Origin: Proteromonas lacertae
Lineage: Eukaryota
Reading direction: 5' to 3'
DNA length: 20,000 nt
NCBI GenBank assembly: GCA_002245135.1
Contig: NGBS01000600.1
Location: forward strand, 119,950 to 139,949
This document shows, piece by piece, positions 10,395 to 19,398 of this stretch. Position numbers and translations under genes: made by a program. The notes beneath the pieces were generated by a model. That model was given only the letters and a program-made list of their open reading frames with translations, did no database searches and was not told the origin of the DNA. Position 1 is the stretch's first letter. Each line of letters opens with the position of its first letter.

Positions 10395-11408
10395 CTATAA
10401 TATATCTTTAGGATATGCAAATAAACTAAATTCACATGACCATGGTTCACAGTTATTGAACTGATGATATTCATAAATATAATTATCAAGATATGCTTCT
10501 AATAGATGCCTTATTTTAAAGTACTCATCATAGTTATGATATATAGCTATACTTAAAACAGGTCTTTGTAGAATAATTGTATTTTTTGCGCCAAAAATAA
10601 AATTTAATGCTGATCCTTCTATATCCACTTTAATAAATCCTATCCTATTTTTATTGTAAAAATGTTCATTATCAAGTGTATCTATTTTTACAATTATTTT
10701 TTTTTCATTCCCTTTTCCTATTCCCACTCCTCCATGACCATAATCAGACAAAGAAATATTTCCTGAAAAATTACTTAATCCCATTTCATGTATTATATAT
10801 TTTTCTGGTTTAAGTAAATTTCTGACTATTGTTCTTTTTAATTTCTTTAAATTTATTCTAGAAAATTCATATAAATGTATTATTTTTTGCGTATAGTTTT
10901 GTAATACAACCAATGAATCTCCAATACATGAACCTACATCAATAATGTCCTTGTCATATATATATTTCTTAATTTTAATACTTGAAAATCTTAATCCATG
11001 GTGATAGTAAAAAACTTCTTCAGTATAATATTCTAAAGAGTATAACTGCTTATATGTTTCTATTTCTTTTTCAAACAATTTATGGTTTGTAACTTGATGT
11101 TTTGTTAAATGCTTGATTAATCTATCACATAATAATGAATCGATAATTATGTTAAACTGAGAATCTAGAGCAGAAATTGATTTTTCATCACTACTTGACT
11201 TTAAAAACATAAAATATGCAGAAATGAATTTCTTTATTTTACTATAATTATTATTGTATTTATTTAACAAATTATTCTTTAATTCTATATTAGTTTCGTA
11301 TAGATTATATCCTGTAGTAGCACATCTGTTATTTTCATTTAAAATATAGCTTTTATAAAATATTAAAATAAACAATATAATACATATGCATAGGATTATA
11401 ATTTTCAT
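10395..11408 (-). CDS. FkbM-family SAM-dependent methyltransferase (second subfamily), membrane-anchored
   Basis: FYYHHGL, DIIDVGSCIGDS, IHLYEF, IGFIKVDIEGS, GAKNTI..QRPVLSIAIYH. The likely start is MKIIILCICIILF at 11408; the ORF extends to 11492. Confidence 0.88.
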   Translation of the reverse strand: MKIIILCICIILFILIFYKSYILNENNRCATTGYNLYETNIELKNNLLNKYNNNYSKIKKFISAYFMFLKSSSDEKSISALDSQFNIIIDSLLCDRLIKHLTKHQVTNHKLFEKEIETYKQLYSLEYYTEEVFYYHHGLRFSSIKIKKYIYDKDIIDVGSCIGDSLVVLQNYTQKIIHLYEFSRINLKKLKRTIVRNLLKPEKYIIHEMGLSNFSGNISLSDYGHGGVGIGKGNEKKIIVKIDTLDNEHFYNKNRIGFIKVDIEGSALNFIFGAKNTIILQRPVLSIAIYHNYDEYFKIRHLLEAYLDNYIYEYHQFNNCEPWSCEFSLFAYPKDIL

Positions 11409-11589
11409 GTTAATTTGATGTTCATTACTATAATAAGCAAATGAATATATATAAAAATGTAATGCCGAAAATAGCATATTTAAATTGACCATTCAAACAC
11501 CACTATTCAAGTGTCAAGCTTTTTATAATACTGGCGGAATAGGATTTACAATTAAAGTGACAAGGCAAAAACAAATTAATGAAAATATA

Positions 11590-12860
11590 TGTTGTGTGCA
11601 GTTTGTCATAGTTGGCCGTTTGTCTAACACACACTTTTAAAACAAACTAAATACATATTTTTACTTGTATTGATGAAAAATTGTTAGATTTATACTTACT
11701 TTGTTATATGACCTACCTCTTCAGTTTAATTTATCATTGGAAAAATATTGTTTTATAAAATATATACTATCGTACAACATACACATTTGTTAAATCTTCT
11801 TATTATTTTATTTATTTTTAGTATTCTAATCCAAATGATAATAAGAACTAATGTTTTTATATTTTATAAATCTCTATTTCTCGAAATTAGCACTTTCATT
11901 TCAATATGCTCAGATGATATATTACATTTGTTTAAATTGCTTAGTCTTACAGTTTCACTAAAGATTCATTCTGATACACTAGAAGATGGTTGGCGTGCTA
12001 AGTACTTTTTCGCAATTTTAAAAACACGTAGAAAATAAGCTTTAACAGTAAGCCATATATTAGATAGATCTTCTCCAGTGCTAAATATTTCTCTATATTC
12101 TAGATAATTCATCACTTCTTTATCATTACTTAATCTTCTACCCTTTATTGATTTACTTTTTAAATACTTATCTAGTTCATTGTTATAACTAATATATTCA
12201 TCTTCAATATCTAGAGTGTTATCATTATCATAATCTATTAAATTATCTAATGTATTCTTAGCTTCGCTATATTCTTCGGCAGTAAATCCTAATAAAGGTA
12301 TAGCAAACAACATAATAAAGGTATTGGTGTTTCATTGTTAATTATTTTTATCTTTTTCTATGAGATTTCTTTTTATATTTTTTGCATATTCATTTTGTTT
12401 TGATGGATATATATCGGTATTAAGTTCATTAATTACTTTCTTTATATTTAACATAGCCATCCCCAAATTGGTTTCTCTTTTTTCCATTAACAATGTTATG
12501 TTGTAAAATGGTTTCAAAATGTTTACTAAATAATCAAGAACAATATAATTAGCTGATTTATTACTCGTATAATAGAAAAAAGTGAATTCCATCTTGTATT
12601 TTTTATTATGCCTACAGAATTCTCAATCTTTTTATGATTTACTACAGTTTATAAAAGTTTAGATAATCCAACAAATTAATTTATTGTCTGTTTAACAATA
12701 TTTTCTTATTCACCACTTTTTTTATCCAATTCATCCAATGCTTTGTTGATAGACAGTTGGATTGTATGAAGAAAACATCTTATATTTGGGATATTTATAT
12801 CTTTGATGGATTTTATAACATTTGCTACATTTTCGCTTGTAATGCAATTAAATCTGATAT
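11590..12860 (-). mobile_element. 3' portion of a hAT DNA transposon: TIR 11590-~11725 plus transposase remnant, 5' part interrupted at ~12860
   Basis: 11590-11725 is a diverged copy of the MITE TIR (tgttgtgtgcagtttgtcatagttggccgtttgtct...). It lies downstream of the transposase fragments. Confidence 0.8.
11864..12860 (-). pseudogene. hAT transposase pseudogene (catalytic and dimerisation regions)
   Basis: ITSENVAN, RCFLHTIQLSI (CxxH motif), TRWNS (12583-12597), LKPF..IT..ME and LARQPSSSVSE*IFS (dimerisation motif), ending RNRDL* at 11864. Confidence 0.88.
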
Positions 12861-13125
12861 AGTGTGACTTCATTGATGCAATCGATGAAGCTCCCGTAAG
12901 GGTCAACTCTGAATTTAGAAGGGGACTAACTCCTAGAACACTCGTTAGAACTCTGTGACAATATCCCATAGTCCCATTTACGTAAGGTTCCTACGGGATT
13001 CCTCCCAACAGGGTCTACTTCTCAACGGGGTCTGCTTCCCTACGGGGACTCCTGTAAGCTATTTCTATACCTACCTATACCTATCTATGAGACGATCTCC
13101 TACGGGTACTCCTGGAAGCTATCTA
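12861..13125. repeat. Terminal hairpin and short direct repeats at the left end of the insert
   Basis: Hairpin cttcattgat-gca-atcgatgaag (12868-12890). 24-bp repeat cctacggg(g/t)actcctg(t/g)aagctat at 13039 and 13099, partial at 12990. 17-bp tandem caac(a/g)gggtct(a/g)ctt at 13006 and 13023. Confidence 0.75.
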
Positions 13126-13237
13126 GAAGTGTTGGTTACCTCAAGGTGATGATTCTAATCATGCTCTTGACTCTCCTTGCTACGCTGGTGATCTTGTAAG
13201 GGCTTTTAATTGAACCGTGGAAACCAATCGTGGAACC

Positions 13238-13297
13238 GGGAGTTTACAATTGTTAACTTGTTACCAATTGTTAACTCCTGGACTTTACAATTGTTAA
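13238..13297. promoter_or_regulatory. Triple CAATTGTTAA(C) motif upstream of the first ORF of the insert; putative promoter element
   Basis: Copies at 13247, 13265 and 13288; related copies at 15161, 15191-15204, 19091 and 3737. Confidence 0.5.
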
Positions 13298-13332
13298 GAT
13301 CTCCATTGAGTCTTTTCTGATCTGTGAATACT

Positions 13333-14075
13333 ATGAAGAGAACCAGACCTATCAATGCCTCCGAGGAATCTTCTAACGATGAGGAAGACACTAAGGTGTT
13401 CAGAATTAAGCTTAAGCCGGAGTATAAGAAGTTGAAGGCTGAGATGATTGCTGCTGCCGATGATGATGATGTTCCTCCTCCTCTCCCTCCTAAACCTCCT
13501 AAACCTCCTAAATCTATACTAACAATCACTAACTCCAAGGATGAAGACGATGATGATGTTCCTTTCAATGCAGAGATCATGGACCTGGTAAGAGACTTCA
13601 AAGCTGACAATACACCGATAAAGCTAGGGTCCGTGATTACTTACCTTGATTATAAACGATGTTGTTTGAATGAGTTCCTGGATGCCCTTTACAATTACGT
13701 GTCGAAGGAGATCACCTTGAATGAAGACATATCATGACCAGGATGAAGAAGCGCTGTAAGCTTATCAGATACAACAATCGCAAGGAAGAAGACTATGGAT
13801 ACATCCCCCTAGGCCATCTCATGGAGCTTTGCAACTGCACCTGTGCATTCAGAACATTGAAGTATCTTCTTGGCTATGACATCGAACAGCTTACTGCTAG
13901 CAAGAAGATGAAGCAGTACATGGACTTCCTCCAGCCAACCTTGAAGGTTAAGTACTTATTGAATATCTTCTCAGTAATGAAGAACAAGTTCGATCAGTTC
14001 TGTATCATTAGTCCTAAGATGGATGATCTTGACCTTACTGAATCTACGGATGTTGAATCCTCCGGTGAGGACTAA
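13333..14075 (+). CDS. Orphan ORF pair (13324-13737 and 13734-14075), possibly one frameshifted gene; acidic and Pro-rich N-terminus
   Basis: ATGA overlap at 13734-13737; DDDDVPPPLPPKPPKPPK tract; no family recognised. Confidence 0.5.
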
Positions 14076-14158
14076 CTAGCATTACTTAAACCTGATAATC
14101 TCTTGTTCTATTCTATCTCAGCGTTGTCCTTGAAGGTTCCTTTGAAGTGTCTTTTCAA

Positions 14159-14248
14159 TTGTTCATTGCATTGTTGTCTTGAGGAGATCACTTACGGGGA
14201 CGCTTAGTGTTATTTAAGCAATCCCCCAAGACAACAAACAATAAACAA
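14159..14248. terminator. Imperfect long hairpin between convergent genes; putative 3'-end signal
   Basis: ttgttgtcttg (14171-14181) pairs perfectly with caagacaacaa (14227-14237), extendable to ~30 bp with mismatches and G-U pairs. Confidence 0.5.
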
Positions 14249-14347
14249 AGACTAATTAATTACTTCTTTAAGTGGACGTGGAAGGATCGGAGATCTCTAC
14301 AGAAGGAAGTAAGGTTGAGGTTCAGCTTCTCTAATTGAATCGCCTTC

Positions 14348-15102
14348 TTAAGGATTGGAATTGATAGATGAAGTCTGGTCATAAACTGATAGAACATTGA
14401 CGGCAAAGTCATCTTCCCAGGAGTTTGTGCTCGAGCCATCGAAGTAGTAGTTCATGATCCATTGCAGTGCTTCCACCTTCCACATCTTGTTATTGTAACT
14501 CAATTGTCCATATCGTTCCTTTGCCGAGAGGACAAAGAAGTTATATTCATCGAGCAGTAGTTGATATACATAGCCTGGGTAAAATCTCTCAGTGATGTTA
14601 AAGACATGATCTTGCGTGGCATTGCTAAGGATCACTATCGGTAGATTTGAAGATAGGCTCATACAATGCATAAGGAGCTGACCGATGGTATAGTCCAGTT
14701 GTTGCATGATGCTATGATCTTCAACCCCGAGGTTGTTAAGGGAACATCTCTGATCGAAGTCTTCCCATAGTTCTTCATCATATAGGAGGCTGGGAATAAG
14801 GTATCGTCAAAGTCAAGGATGATGATTGTCTTGAGAATAGCGATGGAGATCCCCTGGTTGTATTAGTAAGGATGAGCAATGCCTAAGAGTTGATCGAAGG
14901 CTGTTTTATAGGAAGATCGATTCTCTTGACTGGTGACTCCTGGTAATCCATTGACGAATTGCGGACTGTTGCTATACTCCATGTGAGTGTGTTCATAAGG
15001 CATTGCTTTGATGGAGGCTATTTGAGGGTGATCATTCTCGGGAGTAGATTCACCGATAAGTAAAGGAGGACGGTAAGGAGCAATCGATCTAGTAATGACC
15101 AT
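14348..15102 (-). pseudogene. HAD-superfamily hydrolase-like gene split by one TAA and one frameshift
   Basis: ORF 14863-15102 continues past TAA into YNQGISIAILKTIIILDFDDTLFP (DxD motif, 14800-14814). It then shifts into ORF 14348-14707 with IVILSNA, VLSAKERY and WKVEA. Confidence 0.7.
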
Positions 15103-15240
15103 GATTGAAAGGCAAGGAAATTGATCAATGCTGGGAATGTCGATTCATAACTCACTTCGGAATTGTTAACACTTCAGAACTTCTTCCGGCGGGAGTTACC
15201 AATTTACTTAATCGTTCATTTCCTTGGATCTTACTGAGCA

Positions 15241-16694
15241 ATGGATTTTGACTTTGATCGCTTAGTGCTTCCGTTATGGACTTATAGCTTCCGTGAGTTC
15301 TTCTGTCATGACGAAGTGCTGGTAAGCGTCTTTGGAATCCTCCTTATATTGAACGTCCAGATGTTCCTTGAAGATCACCCAGCTATTGAGCATAGCAGTT
15401 GTTGCAGATTGATCCGAAGTATCTTGTTTACCATCCTTCTAATGATGATGCTGATAGCTCTTTGGGTTGCTATGAACTCTATACCTTAAGTAACTTCTCC
15501 TATCGATAAATACTCTTTAATTAACTCTTACCAGATGTTGTTCTTGGGATGGACTTATCATAGCAGGCATCTCTGTATTCAACTTTTTCTGATCCTCCTA
15601 GAGAGACTTTGCCTTATGAATACTCAACAAGCATTATCTACCCGTACTACCTCTAGCCTTGAATTACAACAGTGTGAGCCTATGGCTACTTCTACTCATA
15701 AGAAGTCCAAGGTACTTATCATCACTCCCGTAAAGGTAAAGAATTCACGTTCAATTGCTAAGCGTAGTAAGGCTATGAAGTCATCCACCAATTCCAATGA
15801 CTCCAAGAAGCGTAAGCTTAATAAGTACTTAGCACTCAAGGCACCAGTAATATCTCAATCATCGAAGGCATCTCCTACTGTTGCTAGCACTACACTTAAG
15901 AAGAAGCTCCCCAGAGGCAAGACAACTTCCTCGGCACAGTCATCCAAAGATGTCACTATCAAGAACTTAACGAAGACCTTGAAGTCCATCCGCAGCAAGG
16001 ACAAGATCATTGACTATGTGGCTATATGCTCTGACTTACGAAAACATCTTCGTTCCTGCTATCAACTACTTCAAGAGACTAAAGCAAAAGCTGATAAGCT
16101 CACTTCCGAGGAAGTACGTCTATCATCAGAGATCATGGACAAGATCTTGGAAGCTATAAAGCACTCTAGCAACCTCCTCAACGATGAAGTCAAGAGTCAG
16201 GACGCTTACATTAATAAGATCCTTGACGATCTTAAACTAGCTTCTGTATCTGATCCATCAGTGACAGCTACATCAGTTCCTGCTTCATTACCAACCCCAA
16301 CATCTATTCCCAAAGATGATATTCAAGTAACTACCGATAGCTTTAAGGTAAAGCAAGAGAATCAATCATCCAGTTCTACACCCTCATACACTACTTCAAT
16401 TCACCGATAGTAAGTTCCTTGGTCTGGCAATCCAACAACCTCTGGACTATCAACACCAGCAAGTACTTCCCCATCAATTCCTTTACAAGTTCCCATGCAG
16501 GTTCCTATTCAGGCTCCTTTGAAAACTACAAAGACTGTTAAAGGTAAGAGATCTACAAAATCATCCTTTCTACTCCTCCAGCATCAATGAACTACTACTC
16601 TAACTACAATCCTTATGCTGCTTACGTTCCATCATTCAGAGGAGTCTATCAGCAACAGGCCCAACAAATACCGACCTTATCCAGATACTTCTAA
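15241..16694 (+). pseudogene. Orphan gene(s): N-terminal multi-TM region, Lys/Ser-rich linker, coiled-coil-like segment, S/T/P-rich tail
   Basis: ORFs 15241-15489 and 15535-16410 share a frame and are separated only by TAA 15487. The frame continues after TAG-TAA (16408-16413) to 16590, and a shifted frame ends at 16694. Confidence 0.5.
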
Positions 16695-16870
16695 GTTCCT
16701 TAATCACTTATTGTTAATAACCTTGAGTTGTTTACGGGCTGCTGCAATCATCGTCTAGGATCTATCGGAGATGCTTATTATCACTCCCTTTATCATCTCC
16801 TATCGATGATATCTACTTTGATTATTGTCCATCCCTACATAAAACCTTTAAGATCACTTAGGTAATTTAC

Positions 16871-18980
16871 TTAAAGGCAATGATCACCATCACAATAGCT
16901 TACTTCAATCGGGAATGGTTGATTGTAGTCTCCATCTAGTTCATTTCCTTGAACTTCCTCGGGACTTAGATCGATCTTGATAATCCCTTGAGGAGCTTCT
17001 GATAAAGTCAGGTTCTGATACTTGACGTAGGAGTCGGTAATACTCCTCCTTGGAGATCTCTTCATAAGGCATCTGTGGGTAGGTTGTTTTCATCTGGTCA
17101 GTGGCAACTGAAGGTAAGAATGATACTCCCTTGAGTTGATATTGAAAGTAGTCTAGTGCGTGTTGAATATGGGGCCCTTCTAGTTTTCGGATCAAAGGTA
17201 ATCGTACAGGACACTTGATTGTCAGCCCAGTACTTCTGAACGAAGGCTAGCAACATCAGCTGCTCGTACATCGGTACCTCCTTGATAGTTCTAACTCCTT
17301 TTACTTCGACTGGGAAGGAGATCACCGAGGTTGTCTCTGGGCAATAGAAGTCATCTTCAATCGGATACTTTGCATGCTTCAAGACTCTAATTAATGGACT
17401 ATTCTTATCTATCCTAATCCTTCTAACGTAGTAGTTGCTCTGTGGGAAGTGAATCCCTGGAGTTGCTCAAGCAAGTAGACTGACTGTACCACTTGGCTTT
17501 ACCGATGTTGTCTTGATTGATCGTGGAATGCAGAACCACTCGAGTAGATCCTATCCCAGTGTTGGATAGTTGAATAGCCTTCTTCCATCCAAGTCTTGAG
17601 AATATCAACTCCGTACTTATCAATGAACTGTGCTATCCCACTGATACTGCATCCGATCCTTCTATTCCTTAACATCACTCTGTTGGTCTCTGGCCAGTGA
17701 GTCATCCCCAGAGTCACAGTCTTGGCATATAGGTAAGCAAACTTTAGTGTCCTTAAGAACTCTCCTAGATTATGTTGACGATAAGGAAACGTCTCTACCA
17801 GGCAACACATCTCATAAAACTCCAGCGATTGTTCTAGACAAGGATTACCACCGAGAACTCTTCGATCCTTCTTATTCTTTGGATCGCCCTAGCCTTCCAT
17901 ACTCTTGCATGTTCTTCAACCAGCAGATACCAGGCTCTCCATTCTTCCGTATGCGTTCAGTTATATTGCTATAGTCCATTCCTTTGATTGCAAAGACACT
18001 GTTGTTGGATGCCCATCCAAAGGAGCTTCTGTCTGGGTTGAGATCATAGTCCTTGAGGTTAAGGAACTCTTCATCGTGATGTTCTCCAAAGGCTATCTCT
18101 GCGGATCTTTGGACATTACCACTGACTATGCATCTACCGATGAGGTTTCCTAAGTCCACGATTGCTCTTGTTGATATGGCTTACCGATGAGATCATCCAG
18201 GACTAGTCGGATAGAGTGATGAAGCTCCTTCAGAGGAGTTGCCCACTAGCAACTCCTCCGAATACTTTAAGTACCTTTCCCTTGTCTCGGATTTCTCGTA
18301 GTTGAAGTAAACAGCTGGCTGCTTTACGAAGTGAAACATCTTAACCTTGTTACCTTCCACATCCTCAGATTCATACATCTCACGCCTTCCATAGTAGACT
18401 CCAACAAGAGACTCAAGGAGTTCACCCAGCCTTCTCGGGAGTCAGGAATCTCGTAATACATGGACTGTTGTAAGCGATCGGGTCCTTGAATGATAATCTT
18501 TTCTTTACCGGTAGTATCAAAACCTACTCCAACTCCCAGCATACTCGCATCCATCAGGAACTTGAAGGGCTTTACGGGATCAATATCGATATCCTTAGTT
18601 GATACGAATGCACAGTTGTTGAGTGCAGCACTTAGCTTCTTCCAGAGGTAGGAACTTCATGTTGAACATTAGATCATACATCTCCTTAGCTGAGCTTAAT
18701 CCTTGCTCTTCATTCCATCCTAAGCATTGCTCTTGTATGTAGTCCTTCTGCAGTGTATAAGTGCCTTCAACAACTCTTCTTACCGTCTGATACCATTCTT
18801 CATAGACTGGAGGATCATCGTTGATTAACCTGGAGTACGTTCTACGATAGATGAACTCACCGAGACCATTGAATCCAAAGGGGCCTTTACGGTCTTATAC
18901 TTATCGATGAAACTATCGGGGAGATGAAATGATAAGGACGACTATGCCGTGCAAGACATATTGCTTATTGCTAGACTCAT
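16871..18980 (-). pseudogene. nrdJ: Monomeric class II (adenosylcobalamin-dependent) ribonucleotide reductase, fragmented
   Basis: Reassembled motifs: GFNGLGEFIYRRTYSR, AALNNCAFVST, FLMDASMLGVGVGFD, IPDSREGWV, VSGNVQRSAEIAFG, GEPG, GGNPCLEQ..E.CCLVE (thiyl Cys at 17838-17840), NRRIGCS, VKPSGTVSLLA, WADNQVSCT, YPQMPYEEI and C-terminal CDGDHC. Many frameshifts, stops and one motif deletion. Confidence 0.95.
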
Positions 18981-19398
18981 AAGAAAGTCAATGACTAGGA
19001 GTTGTCGGTGATGCCAAGATCCCTTGAAGTAAGTTGTACCATAAACATCCGTATTACGTATTAGTAGGTTCCATTCCCATTTTCCCCGGACAATTGTTAT
19101 TAGCTTCTAGTGGCTCCAGATACGTCAAGGGGGTCTCACTTCATCAGCTCAGTATAATCCAACATAAAAACTCCCATTAATACTTACCCAACTGCGAGGT
19201 GCTTTCTCTTGACTGCTCCAGCTTACGACTTCACTGACATGGAATAGCACTCGTGTTTATCCTTCCAGGCAAAGCTCTTCTTCTTCTAGACATCATCTTC
19301 AAATCACTTTGGTTATAAGTTCCTTTGAAGTTCATCCTAGAGCATCTCCGTAGTGTTGATGTTAGTGCGTTATAGAACACCCCAACAAAGTCAATTAA

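Noticed and set aside
11748..12038. Plus-strand 96-aa ORF (likewise 8033-8215 and 10301-10489)
   Set aside because: AT-rich chance ORFs overlapping better-supported genes or transposase remnants.
12990..13125. 24-bp repeats at 60-bp spacing, superficially CRISPR-like
   Set aside because: Only two full copies plus one partial at a different spacing, low-complexity spacer and no cas genes.
12706..13149. ORFs 12706-12969 and 12955-13149 as real genes
   Set aside because: The first is a chimera across the hAT/insert junction, and the second translates the terminal repeats.
13206..13610. Minus-strand 134-aa ORF
   Set aside because: Antisense shadow of ORF 13324-13737; its Ser/Gly tracts mirror the Asp/Pro codons.
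17423..18153. ORFs 17423-17623 (-), 17747-17974 (+) and 17905-18153 (+)
   Set aside because: Off-frame or antisense to nrdJ, with no independent motifs.
16871..18980. Introns or an intein explaining the nrdJ fragmentation
   Set aside because: Fragments join by small indels with no extra sequence, total length (~2.1 kb) fits an uninterrupted gene, and no intein motifs were seen.
19100..19395. Possible small gene between nrdJ and the Zn-finger gene
   Set aside because: The frames I read on both strands are broken by stops and show no recognisable motif.
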